This document shows, piece after piece, positions 37,301 to 50,259 of a stretch of 63,769 nucleotides of DNA (position 1 is the first letter of the stretch; each line of letters opens with the position of its first letter). Position numbers and translations under genes: made by a program. Below the pieces are notes generated by a model, which had not been told where the DNA came from, did not search any database, and saw nothing but the letters and a program-made list of their open reading frames with translations. Source of the stretch: Paraspadella gotoi (Eukaryota; Animalia; Chaetognatha); NCBI GenBank assembly GCA_051294375.1, contig CM119264.1, forward strand, positions 4,548,402 through 4,612,170, given 5' to 3'.

Positions 37301-38388
37301 TAAATAAGTAATTAATTAATTATTAATTATTTGTAATTAATTAATTAATTTTGTGATCAAGATTGTTTTTTTGTGATTGAGAGGCAAGACAAAATGGAAA
37401 ACGATTTTGACACAAATTTAAAAAAAATGATATTAATTAAATAATTAATTATCTGATCAGCTAATGATCATGGGCAGATTCGGCATTGTTTGCTCAAACT
37501 TGTTATTATTCAATGTTGTTACAGAACTATAATTTTTTATTGTACTAGTTTTGGTTGCTCTTCTGGTAGTTTCAATTTTTTATACCAGTTCAGGATGATT
37601 CATTACAACAAAAAACACATTTTGGCTTGTAAAGTTTTATTTCATTTTGTTGAGAGAGAGAGGAACTTGTATTTCCCCTTTTCTCATCGGTGATGTCTAG
37701 AGCAAAAACACTTCTTCCAATTTACTTATAGACAAGAGGACCGTTTTATCTACTGACCCATAAAGACAGAGGGACATTCTAAAAGAAAGGATATCTTTTT
37801 AAATCAAAGTTGTGTTTTTTTNNNNNNNNNNTTTGTTCTAAATCAAAGTTTTAATTTTAATTTACCTTGTTCCTCCAAAAAGTTAATTTCGTTAATGTTA
37901 AAGATGCGCGAAAGACAGATGCTTTCCAACTCCGCCGTCCACAGGATAAAAGTCAGAGCAGATTGTAATACAATTTGAGGATAAGATTCCAAGAAGAATT
38001 GAATTATATTTGTTGTTTCTAAGTAAACTTTTTTCTTACTGATAAACATTTGGTTTTGATGAGTAGCCATCTGATATGTTTCATCCAGATACAAATCCAC
38101 ATGAATCGGTATTGAACCGATTCCAAATAAACAGAAAAATGTTGTTACTTTTCTCCACTTCGTACACATAATTCTAGGATACAAGCTTTTATTTTTGGTC
38201 AGGACAAAAACCACATATAGTGTAGAAATCATGTTATGAAACACCAGTACTGTGACAAGGGCCAAGCCGAATTTTCATTGGACGCTAAATTTTGATTTTA
38301 TAAATTGTTGCGCAACTTTGAAGTCACTGCCCACATCCAAAATGTTCAAGGCTGCACTGGTGAGAACGAGAATGCTGAAGTCAATCAT
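34380..38388 (-). pseudogene. XK/Xkr-related multipass membrane protein gene, copy 1, disrupted
   Basis: Exon 38388-37866 reads MIDFSILVLTSAALNILDVGSDFKVAQQF (XK N-terminal D..SD..A motif) ... QFFLESYPQIVLQ (XK signature FLE..PQ..LQ) and ends at a G|GTAAAT donor. The downstream ~2-kb hydrophobic coding region includes VSIVLSMLCLAKA. In-frame stops fall at 38277-38275, ~35804 and ~35215, with frameshifts (one in a poly-T run at ~35430) and an insertion at 36359-37504. Confidence 0.75.
36359..37504. mobile_element. Head-to-head pair of family B Helentron/DINE-like fragments forming a fold-back insertion
   Basis: Ends are inverted (TTGAGCAAACAATGTCGGAT vs ATTCGGCATTGTTTGCTCAA), internal arms 36580-36830 and 37040-37295 are inverted, and there is a GTCY microsatellite at ~36916-36945. 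Similar to 39480-40175 and 60520-61290. Confidence 0.75.
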
Positions 38389-39204
38389 TTTTCTCTAAGA
38401 CGAGGACAAAGTTTCTAACTTGAAAAGAAAAATAAAGAGAAGGAATAAAGTGGTGGCATTCTGACTGTCGTTCAGACTGTCAGTCTGTCGGTCAGACTAT
38501 TAGTCTGTCTGTCGATCACACTCAAGTTTTGACTACATATAGCTCATACAAAAATGTTTTATACTCACAGAGTCATGTAATCATGTAAATATTAATATTA
38601 ATTAGTTAAGATTAATTAATATCAATGTTTGTTGCACAAATCACATATAATATTGTTATTCTATCAACTAGAAATATAATCGAGGGGCTAAAATATCAAA
38701 ACTATTTTATAATAATAACAGTAAATTACTAAAACACAAATTTTTTTAAATTATTTGATCGATCAGAAAATACCACCTCTAAAATGTTATACAAAAATAT
38801 GCCCCAAAATGATTTTAATAAAAAATGGCAAGATTATATAGCATTCGAATGGTGACCCCACATATCGGTGGAAACAGCAGAAGAGAAGAAAACGGATTTC
38901 ATCAATTTGTTTCAGAAATAAAAAGTGGATACCAGAAAACTACAACGATATCGATAGTAATTGCTTTTTGGACTTTATCTTTTAACAAGTTTAAGCAAAT
39001 AATGTCGGATCTGCCTAGGATAATTATTAATTAAGCGGTAGTCTGCTAATTGGATGATAAATCACAATAATTCTTTCAATTTGTGATCCAAACTGATCAT
39101 AACAGATCGTACCATACCAAACCAGTAGCAGCTCCAATACATGTAAATCGCTTGCAACAGATTAAAATGAACTGTTACTATGATACAAATAAATTATTTG
39201 ACTA

Positions 39205-39432
39205 GTATTTTTTTTCAACTTGAATCATTTTTAAACTTGCATGATTTTTTCAACTCGCATCATTTTTCAATTCGCATCATTTTTTCAATTTCCATCATTT
39301 TTTTAACTTGCATCATTTTTTCAATTGCAAATTTTTTTTAACTTGAATCTTTTTTTCAACTTGCCTCATTTTTACAAGTTCCATCATTTTATTAACTTGC
39401 ATCATCTTTTTAACTTGCATCATTCAACTCGC
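39205..39432. repeat. Degenerate ~20-bp tandem repeat (TTTTTCAACTTGCATCATTT-like), ~10 copies
   Basis: Recurrent aacttgcatcattttt motif with variable T-runs. Confidence 0.8.
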
Positions 39433-39479
39433 AATCAACCAATCAATCATTTTATCTGAGAGAGAGAAAGAGAAACTTA

Positions 39480-40175
39480 AAAAAACTTCAAGTGAATTTT
39501 ACTTTTTTTACATTTCCACTGACAAGATTCCATCAAAAATTATATCTTGCACACCTTCCTACCCACACACAAAATTTCATCTTAATCTATCCATTTAATT
39601 ATGATTAATTCGAGTAATCATGGGTTGAAATTAGTAAAAAGATTTAAGTAAATGTGACTTATGTTTTTTTTCATTCAAAATCATTTCCACTTGCACGATT
39701 CCATCGAAACTTTATATCCCGCTTTATCACACACTTTCCTACCCAGATACAAAATATACTATCAAACTATCCATCTAATTTGGATTAATTTGATTAATCA
39801 TGGGTTAAAAATAGTAAAAAGATTTAATTAAATGTCACTAATGTTTTTTCCATTTAAACTCATTTCCACTCGCACGATTCCATCGAAACATTATATCCAG
39901 CTTAATCATCCACTTTTCTAACCACACACAAAATGTCCTTCCAATCCAACCATTCAATCACGAGTAGTTGGACTTTTTTGCCAAGGGGGGACGGACAGAC
40001 CGATCAACGGGCGGACGGACGGTCTGACGGACATAATTTTTTTGCATAATTTATCATAATTTGATGATCTGACATGATATAAGTGAATGCCCGACAAGAT
40101 TTAGGGGGGGGACCGATGGACCGACAAAGTGAATTATAGAGTCGGGATCTGCTGACAAGCAGATCCGATTAAAAA
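39480..40175 (-). mobile_element. Helentron/DINE-like non-autonomous element, family B, with internal ~180-bp tandem subrepeats
   Basis: Terminal hairpin TCGG(G)ATCTGCT-N4-AGCAGATCCGA (40142-40168) next to an A/T run, (GGAC)n tract at ~39988-40032, and a repeat unit CATTTCCACT.GCACGATTCCATC recurring at ~39511, ~39682 and ~39861. Confidence 0.75.
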
Positions 40176-40372
40176 TTTCTTAAATAATACTTGTATTACT
40201 ATCAGTGATGCGGGTTTTTTTAACTTAATTTTTAACTATTTTAAAAAATAAAATATTATTTTATAAGTTAAAATATGTATTTCTTTCCGAGTACCCTGGT
40301 AGAATTGCAATAATCTCAGATACAAAAGTCAAAACGAAAACAGAAGAAATATCACTTGAGATGATTGCATCT

Positions 40373-40432
<60 letters not shown>

Positions 40433-40503
40433 TCTTTAAAAATGTTTATGTAACATCTCAGATGGGNNNNNNNNNNGCATGCGTCCGTTCGGTTCGAGAT
40501 CAG

Positions 40504-40548
<45 letters not shown>

Positions 40549-41464
40549 ATTTCAAAAAAGCCGAAATAATCGCAACCACCGAAGATAATCTTTTCTCGAG
40601 ATGAGATGAAATTCACTTTTTAAGATTTCCGAAAATTCTGAATGAATCGGAAATCGAGCTTCTCAGCCATTCCCTTTTTTTTTTTTTTTGTCGGAGAAGA
40701 AGAAGAGCGAGACTCTTTTAGTTACGTTGACGTTTATTTTCTACAAAACGTCGAATCGCACCTCAAAATGTTTTGAGTTTAGCCGAAGATTTAAAGGGAA
40801 AAGTCGTATTGAATATTTAGACTTTTTTAATTATTAAAAATCCATCGAAACCCCGTATAAGCGAAGTTTCCTCTGGGCGAAAGAGAGTTCTCACAAAAAC
40901 AAAACGATTTCTCTCTCGGAAAATCGGGCTTCAGCTGACGACAATAATTGAGATTAAGAGACGTGGATACATTTAATGAAATGTACAAGGAGTTAAACAT
41001 TAACAGTATCATAAACAATTTTAACGGTGAACGAGAATGTATTGATTGAAATTTCGAGTTGCGTGCCACGTTGTGAGCTCGTCGGCTCTAGTGTCCTCAG
41101 TAGGAGGTGAGTGGCTAAACTACGTCCGGTTACAACGGTGGCCAGACACGTGACCCACGTGACATAAAACGTTCTCCATCCCCGTTAGGAATCTGGCCAA
41201 CGAAAAGTGAAGAGAGAGACGCAAGGCTTAATACCTTTTACAATCGTCATCGTCGACAATGTTGCCTCTTTATTTTTCTTTCTTTTTTTTTTTCTTTTTG
41301 ACAAAAACGTTTTTCTGTGACGATTTCGTCGCTTGTTTTTTTCAATCCCATCGAACGTGAACCGTGAACATTTCGTCTTCCTCACTCACCACTCCTCCTT
41401 TTCACTATTCACATTCGTCCTCTCTTTATTTCGTTCTTATATCGAGTTTCCATTTATTCCTTGA

Positions 41465-41509
<45 letters not shown>

Positions 41510-42060
41510 TTCAACTAAAACAACGACAACATCAGCGAACAACCAAACAAACAAAACCCAATACGAATGACGAACGGCGCCGCCGCCGCCGCCGCCGCCG
41601 CCGCTAAACCGCTGCAGTCGATGCTTTGCCTCCGCCTCCGCAGCAACCAGCGCCGCCGTCGCTGGCGGAACCGAAAGCGGCGTCGAATCGTTCGGGCGAA
41701 ACAAGTTATAAATTCGGGAATTAGGAATTTTCGTTCTGGAGTCGGGGGGGGCGGGGGGAGGGTTTGTAGGGGGTGGGGGTATAAGAGATGGAGGAAGTAA
41801 GTGTAGGGTCGTCGTCGGGGGCAGGAGTTGTTGTTGTTGTGTGTTTTTGTGTTTGTAAATCTTGTTGTGGAAATCGTGGTTTGTTGTGGCGGTTGTTTGT
41901 TGTGTTGTTGTTGTGTCGTCGCGTCGTTAGAGGCTTGAGGTGATACATATCCCTATTTAAATTTCTCTGTAGCCTGATCGAGAGAACCGTTGTTTGGCTA
42001 TGCATTTGATTAAACTGTATAATTTACGAATGATCATGTAAAAGAAAATAGAACTTTTCT

Positions 42061-42871
42061 TTAGAGACGAAACTATTTTTGCGCTTCTGCTTCTACTTCA
42101 ACTTTTGCAGCGGAGTAAACTCTGAATAGTGTCACGCTCAAATTCTAATTTCCGTATATATAATTTAATTTTAAAATTTACAATCCTCGTTTTCTTCCGT
42201 TTTTGACGAAATCAAAACTGGCGAAATTTCGTAACCTTGACGACGAAACGACCACAACCGACTACCCACCCCCGCCCTTCTTGGACGTCAAAGGCTCGAG
42301 CCACGAAGAGAGAAAGAAAAAAAAGTGAATGTATGACGAGAAACTAACGCGTTGCCAAGAAACGCGACGGCATTTAAAAAAAAACGTCATAGAATTCCTG
42401 AGCCTTCGGAAAGGCTGGGGGGGGACGACGAAACTTGGGGGGGGGACGACGAACGAGCGTCGAGCTGTAGTAATTTTTGTACCGATTCATAGTCACACAT
42501 TTTTTTTCTTTCTTTTTTATATTTTTTTTTGCTTTCGTCCTTAGCTTGGTGGACTTTTTCTTGGGGGAATGATTATCCGCTGAGGTCGCCATTGACCGAT
42601 TCGCTCCTGATACGCGTCATAATTCGCATTTCCTATGCAAAAATGAGAAATTGAAAGGAGAGAAACGCGGGGAGGCTGCTCTCGATCCGCCGCAGCCCGA
42701 CGCCGCGGCCCGACGCCCAACCGCAGCCCCGACGCCGCGATCGCAGCGATTTCTTTTTTTTTTTTCTTCTTTTAATGTTTTCTATCTCTTTTGCCTCCCT
42801 CTTCCTTATTTTTTCCTTTATTTCTATCTCTCTCCTTCTCACTCACAGTTTTTGCCCTTCTTTCCCCCATT

Positions 42872-42904
<33 letters not shown>

Positions 42905-45596
42905 CTCTCTCTCTCACCCCGTCTCCTCTCTCCTCTCTCTCTCCTCTCTCCTCCCCAAACGAAAAAAAAAAGAGAGGAAACAATCTCAAGTTTCTAATCG
43001 AGATCTTCTTTATCTTTATCGCTTTCGACAAAACTCTCGTTATTTTCTCATTTACATTCCTCTATTCTTTCTCCCATCTTTCTTTCTTTTCGTTGCGTCT
43101 CTTCTCCATCTCTTCCTCCATCTCTTTCTCCATCTATCCTCCGTCTCTTCCTCGTCTCTTCCCATCCTTCCATCCTTTCTCCGTCCACTCTTCTCCATCT
43201 CTTCTCGTACTCTTTTCCTCTCTTCTTCCTTCTTCTCATCTTCCTCGAACTCTATCTCCTCTTCCCTTCTTCCATTTTCCTCTGTTCTTCTTCCTTAACT
43301 CTCCCTTTCTCTCTTCTCCTTTCATTTTTCTTCTCTTCTCTTTCCTTCTTTTGCTCCTTTTCTCTTATCTTCCTTTTTTTCCTTTCTCTCTTTCACTTAT
43401 ATTTTTTTTTCTTTTTTCTTCTCTCCTTTCTCTCATTTTTCCCCTTTTCCTCCTCCCTTTGTTTCTTCTCTTTCTTCTTCCCTTTTTTCTTCTGTCCCCA
43501 CAACTTTCTTTCTCTACCAACTCATTTGCAGAGTTCTTTCCGCTTTCCGTCTTTGCATCTAACCGGCGTCTTTTGTTGCCACCCTCTCTTTCTCACTCTC
43601 TCTCGTCTTTTCTTCTTCTCTCTACATATCACCGTTTTGTCTCATTCTTTTTTCATTGTTTGTCATTTCGTTTAGATCAGGCTCTTACATCTCCTTTTTT
43701 TGGTTATCCAAATACCTTTACCTTCACTATAATTTAACACAGATACCTTTGTTTCGTAAAAAATACTATACGTTGTTGGCGGTTATATATTGTCACAGTT
43801 TTCCCCTGTCCGGCCGGCTCCTCTCAGACATTCACCCCAAGTTCCTCGTTCAGCCAAAGTAATGGTAACTCCTCCCTCAAATCCATTGGACTCAAGCCCA
43901 CAGGGAGAACTCCATCATTCTCAATCTCCTTACTATCCTCATCCTCCTCTCTCTCCTCATCTCTACTTCTTCCTCCTTCTCTCTCTCTCCTCTCTCTCCG
44001 CTCATCATCTCTCTCGGCCGTTCTTGTGTTCAATTCATCTTGCATCTACCTCAAGTCCTATCCATCGACTTCCCTCGGCATCTCTGTGCGTGGCCTACAC
44101 AGCCATCCCGATCTCTCCCCTAGTCTCCCTATCTTCCTGGGTAGCCTCTCCCCTAGCTTCTGCTCTCACTCTCCCTCCTCTCTCTCTCTTCTCTCTGTGA
44201 CTTGGCAGACTTCCTGCCGTCCTCTCCTTCTCTCCTCTCTTCGTCAGTGCTGGTCTCAGCTTAAGCCCTCCTCCTCCCTCGCCTCCCCTCTCTCATCTAC
44301 GTGAATCAATCCACGTTGCCCGCACGCACTGCCGCCACACACACCATCACTTCCCTCAGTTCGGGCTATTCCCCATCCTCTCTCTTCTCTCTTCTCCTCC
44401 TCTCTCCTCTCTCCCTCTCCTCTCTTTCTCTTCTCTTTACTCTCCTCCTCTCCTCCACTCCTTCCTCTCTTCTCTCTCTCCTCTCTTCCTTCTCTCTCTC
44501 TCTTCTTCTCATCTCCACGGCGTAATAGTCAATGACGAACGCGCGCTGTTGGCTTTTCCTCCGCTTTTTTTTTCTTTGGTTTTCTCATTTTTTTTTCCAA
44601 TTTATATATAGGAAGATACTTGTGATTCCGTGGCGTGGTCTGTGGTCTACTTCTTACACTGTTGGTCTCATTCCGCCCAGCTGCCTCTCGTTTTCTGTTC
44701 TGCGGAACCACGAGGAAGGAGAACACTGACACAGACGGCCAGGGATTTCATCAGACCTACTTACATCGCGACCTCCGGACTCGCGTAGCCTCCAAAAGAA
44801 AGTTTGGTGTTATGGATCTGTTCTTGTTGGATCACGAGCGTTAAATATATTTTATATAGTTTTAAAATCACGGCGTTGCTCTTTTGCTTCTCGTGACTTC
44901 CTCTTTCATTTCTTTCTATCTTTCTTTTTTACTTTCTCCAATGATCTAATGCTTACTGATATATACTTATATTTTAAACGAGCCTGTCTTAATATAGATA
45001 ACTCAATCTTAACTTGATAAAATTATGTATATTATACATTTTTGTATTCGTCTGTCCAGTAGATGGTACCTCAACAAAAACTCGCGACGCATTTGATTAT
45101 TTCTCATGTTTTCAAATTCACGAGAAAACCGATTCGCTTAAGCCAAAGATTCATGGTACGGCCGTTTGAATGCAATGCCGACCGACGACGACAACATAGA
45201 CGACGACACCGAAGACGACAAAGAAGACGAAGACCAAGATACCGATGCAGAGGACGACACAAGACGACGACGGAAACGAGCGAATAACCGCAAAGGACGA
45301 ATAACCCCAAAAGGCTGAGCATAACGAAGGACAACGACGCGTTGAAGAACGTAAATCAACGCCGATTGAGCGACGGCCGTCCGTCGCCATGGCGAATGGC
45401 AAACAACGACGCCGCCATCCGACGACGCGACACGACGACGAAACGACGACGACGCAGACAGCCATCAACTGCGAAAGAAAGACATGTGTATTCACAAGGA
45501 TTGACCTCGTGAGTCTCGTTATGAACGCGTACGACGCGGGACTCGATGCGTGAGACGTCCGACTTCGGATGCCTCAATCTCCTTCCCATTTTTGTC
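42061..45596. repeat. Segmental duplication copy 1 (pairs with 50260-52858)
   Basis: Collinear from ttagagacgaaactattttt to ccttcc(c)atttttgtc; copy 1 has extra low-complexity sequence at ~43600-44500. Confidence 0.9.
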
Positions 45597-45621
45597 NNNN
45601 NNNNNNNNNNNNNNNNNNNNN

Positions 45622-48600
45622 GATCTGTCCCAGACTCGATTTTGTCATTCTCCGCGCCCGTCTTCGCCTTTGCCCGGTGGGAGGGCCGCTTGCGACACTT
45701 CGTCCCGTTTTGGGCGGATTTGGTTCGGACAGGATTGCTCCTATTCTACAAAAACGTGAAAGGATCTATTGCGGAGCGAAAACAGATTCCTACCAGGATA
45801 GCCTCTCCCTTCGGACGAGACCCCTTCTTTTGGCGGGGACAGGACTCTCCATGCGACGACCGAGGATAGCGGCAGCTTTGGAAAAGCGGTGCCGTGTGAG
45901 GGAGTGGAGCCTTCTCCGGGGTATTATTCCAAGATTTTTCTGGTTCCCAAAAAAGATGGGGGATGGAGGCCAATTCCTAAGATTTTGAAGAAGCTCATAC
46001 GTCCTTCATTGTCCCTCCTTAAACTTCGGATGGAAGGTTGTCAGATGTTTCGGGAAGATGGTTCTTCCGGGGGAGATGGCCGTCGTCTATCGATCTTCGC
46101 GAGCGCTATCTCCACTTGCCTCTTCATGTGGGTTTCATCGCAAGTTTTGTCGGTTCTTTGGAGAGGGCGCGTTTAGCAGTACAAAGAGTCCTTTCCTTTC
46201 GGTTTGGAACCGGTCCCTGGCTATTCCCAAGACGACACGCCCGTTAGCGCCTGCTCCGCAAGAGGGGCATCAGGTGCCTTTTCTACATAGACGATAATTC
46301 TGATACATGGGGACCTGCAAGAGGAGTGTCTGGTGTGAAACCACTCTCAAGCTCTTCGACTCTTGAAGGATGCGGGCTTCATTCATCATCCAAGAAGTTC
46401 AAGTTTGCGTTCCGACGCAAGTTTTTCAGTTCTGGGTCTCCAATGGACGGGGCGCTTCATCAGTTGGCGCTCCCTTGGACCGAAGATTTTGTCACTTCGC
46501 GAGATGGCCCCTCTGTCCTGCTGAGCCCACTCCATCAGCCCTTCATGCTTCGCGCTGCTTGGGTCTTGTGACCGCAGCCTCTTTAGTCAGTCCACGCTCA
46601 TTCGCTGCAGAGCCGCGAAGGATTCAAACGCGACGTCAATCGTGTTCTTACTCACGGAGAATTGGATCTGGGGAAGACAGTCTGTTTCTTCGGAGGGCGG
46701 CGAGAGTGGAGCTGCTGGTGGATGTCGAAGCTCGAGATCCAGGATTTGCTTTGCTCCGATCGCGCATGTTCTCCCGATCTTGCACGGGCGGAAAGTGACG
46801 ACAGATGCCTCCCAGGAGGGTTGGGGCGGTCCTGTTTGCGCGGGGCTCTTCACCGGGGTGATTTGGAAGTTGTGGAGCCCATCTTCCATATAACTGTGAA
46901 GGAGTTCATGGTCCTGCTCAAGTTCTGTGTGTCCTTCGGTCAGCAGAATTCCAGGCTGCAATTCTTTTGTGGGGAAGACCGGACAGCTTAGTTGTCTCTT
47001 GTTTGTCTCCGCCGTCTCTTGCAGCCAGCTCACAGGATCTCCGAAGTTGTCAGGATTCTCTCCTTTCGTGGCTCAGTCTCTGCAAGATCACAATGTGGGG
47101 ACGCACATTTCATCGGAGGAGAATTTGATGGTGGATGCAGCTCAGCGCGAAGAGCTGTTCAATTGGCATCTCTCTCCCCAAGTTTTTCTGTCGTGGATTT
47201 CGGCGTCTGGGTTTGCCCCAGATAGATCTTTTGCGACGGCGCTCTCCCGTCAAGTTCCTCTGCTACTTCTCTTGGAAGAAATTGGTAGAGGATTCTCCGG
47301 ACTGGATGCCCTCAGTTCAAGTTTGGATTTTCGACAGGGCTGTTACGTGTTTCCCCTGTCTTCGCCATTGATCCCGAACGGTGATCCTCAAGTTGAGGGA
47401 GGCCCAGGGGCGAATTTCTTTCTGGTTGACGACACCTTTTGGCCAGCCAGAAGTGGTTTCGCGCTGTTGTTGACTCTTCGGGTGTTGGAGGTTTTCGTTC
47501 TCCGTGGTTCGTCGGATTGGTGTTGGACAAAGCACGGGGATGCTCCTCCCAAGCTCTCGGATTCGCCTCAAGTATGGTCGTCTGGAGGATTATAGGAGGG
47601 CGCACGGTCTCCAAGACCTCAACAACTCAGCTTTTTCACTCATCTCCGACAGCTGGAGGGGATCTACAGGATCCCGTACGACAGGGTCTGGCGATGTTTT
47701 GACTCGCTTCCTTCAGAAACGTAGGGGGCCTTCGAGGACTCAGGCCGCTGCTGAAGGACTTCTCGAGATCATCGCGTCATCGCAGCGACGACGGTCGTGT
47801 CTTATAGCACAGTGTATTTGCAAGTATTGGCAATCTCCAACTTTGCCTTCATGTGGATGGTTCTCCAGTGGGTCAGACATCCTGTGGTCTGCCGTTTGCT
47901 GAAGGGTGTCTTCAAAAAACGCCCTCCTTCTCGCAGGATGTTCCGGCTTGGAAGTGTCGCCGCAGTTCTGCGAGTTTTGTGATTACTTCGCCTCTACCTA
48001 TTTCTCCGGCTTCATGTTTTGCAGAGTACAATTTCCTCCTTGCCATGGCCTCTGCCAAGAAGGCTTCAGAGTTATTTCGCTTCGTTGTGGACCTGGTCAC
48101 ATGGATTTATGGCTGCCTGACCATGTTGCGTTTTGTGCCTTCTCAATGTCCAAGATGATAGTTTTCGTCGTCTTGGTCCTGCTTTTCGTTTGCATAGACT
48201 GCATGGCTCAAGTCGTTCTTTGCCCCAGTTCTTCAGCTTTGTTTTTGGCTTCGTGTTCGTCAGGATTTGCGACCACAAGCACGATTCCTCTTTACTTCTC
48301 CATGCGCCTCCTTTTGTCCATTATCTCTCCAACGTTTTTTTTCATCGATTCTAAGTCGATCTTCTTAGAGATGCGGACATCCAGACGCGCCCCCTGCGCT
48401 CGACACGCGCTATGGCTGTATCGGAAGTCTTTCCAAGCGCGTGGATCTGGACGTCATTCTACGCGCAGTGGAGTTGGTCTGTGAGCACAACCTTCGTTCC
48501 GTTTTTTTACTGTCTGGGAGTCGGCGTGGAGTTCTCTCAGTGGGTCTTGTGGAGCTGAGTTGTATTCGTGGCGTTCGCTTTCGCTGGCTAGTATCTGAGA

Positions 48601-48760
48601 GGAGAAAGGAGGAGGAGGAGAGCAGGGAGATCCTGCTTTTTCCGTTTTCTTTCTTTTGTCCTTCTTGTGGACAACACGGACAATCTGAACAACAAGAGCA
48701 ACTACGTGGTGGAGAGGAGCCATGAAGAATCCCGGTTCCATTTGGAACCATTAAATTATA
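45622..48760 (+). mobile_element. DIRS1-like tyrosine-recombinase retrotransposon, degraded or error-rich; gag and left end missing at an N gap
   Basis: Motifs across frames: GRLRHFVPFWADL, PGYYSKIFLVPKKDGGWRPI, SIDL..YLHLP, FYIDD (46281-46295), RNase H VTTDASQEGWGG and HITVKEF, a methyltransferase-like region (EENLMVDA..R, DRSFAT), and YR segments HPVVCRLLKGVFKKRP, FLLAMASAKKASEL, RSTRAMAVS and DLDVILRA. Confidence 0.9.
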
Positions 48761-50259
48761 TTTTGCTTAACTTTTAAGCTCTGATAGAATCAATTTAAAA
48801 AAAACTTAAAATATCCCAAAAAAATTTTGACATTAGTATAGCGATATATAATTTAATAGCGAATTACTCATGGTTCGGAAACATTTTTGCAAAAAAAATA
48901 TTTTACCACAATAATTAATACCAATAATGGATTAGTTTAATGCTGTTCCCATTAAAATTTGAATTTGGTCGGCTACTGCTAACAATAGGTGTTCGATTAA
49001 TTTTATTAATTAATGATTTTGGATTAAAAAACTTATAAAACAAAAGCAATCTTTAAAATCTTTGGAACGTTAAGTTTTCCCTCTTCAAAAGTTCTCTGTT
49101 TTTCTTTTATAAATGAAAGTAGGTTTTTGATTAGATCAGAAAATTAAACAAATAATAGAGGATAAGTTATTTATACCATATCAAAAATGAGTCCCGGTTC
49201 ATGTTGCCTCAAACACAAAAAGGATCAATCGTCCAATGATGTATTTGCTATTCAATTAGTAATTATTTAATTTCTTCCTTGATCATCAACATAATATACT
49301 TAAATCAGTTGATTATTATATTATGGATCCTTTTCACTTTCTATATGTATATACGGTGCTTGTAGTAGGTTGTGCCCACGTTATTATTGGGCCATAAAAT
49401 TGCGCCCCTAGGATTGCACCGCATGTAGCATGGTGCCCACATACAATTGCACCCAGGTATTCCGCCCCACGTATTCACGTATTCCCACGTATTCCCACGT
49501 ATTCCTATGTGGGTACAATCCTAATGGAACCTAGTTGACTTAAAAAATTACTTTTAAAAAATATAGAAAAATATTCATTAATAATTTTAAATAATTTAAA
49601 TTCTTTCTTTGCCAGTAATTTTTAAAATAATTTTTTTATTAATTATATTATTAAATTATTAAATACTAATTTAATATTGAGTATATTATTTTTTTTAAAT
49701 TTTACTTTTATTGGTTATTTTAAGTCTGTGTTATCAAGTTTTTCCATATTTACCGTATTTATTAAAAGCACGCTATAATAGTAAACTTAAACGAATGAAT
49801 TATACAATTTATATACAGATTATATTATATTATATGTAATAAGGAACTTAAACAAGGCAAATAGTTAAGTATTTATTATGCAAAATCTTTGAATTCTCAG
49901 TTTGGTAAGAAAAAGAAGCATTCAAAGATCTCATTTAATTGCTATTTTGTCTTATTATATTAGTATAAATACTATAAATTATTTATTTATTTATAAAATA
50001 TATATTCTAAGAACATAATATTCAATTATTTATATATTACAATAATAAAACGTTTAAAATTACGGCGAATAAAGGAGCGTCATCGTTTAGTCTGGACAAT
50101 TTCGAATCGTAGCTAATTTAGCCATAATTTAGGACCAGATAAAAATCGACGGATCTCTCATGTTGAGAATTCAATCGAATAAAAGGTGTTATTAAATTTA
50201 AGTATCATTAATATGTATGATCACTGTGTGAAGATTAAATCTGAATCACTTATTACCTT

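Noticed and set aside
34380-38388. Stop-codon reassignment or readthrough in the XK-like gene
   Set aside because: The stops are of different types (TGA, TAA), co-occur with frameshifts and an insertion, and the paralog has a sense codon at one of them; ordinary decay explains them.
42651-44525. Long Ser/Leu/Phe-rich ORFs (also 8654-9181, 50991-51833, 54690-55181)
   Set aside because: They are translations of CT-rich low-complexity DNA.
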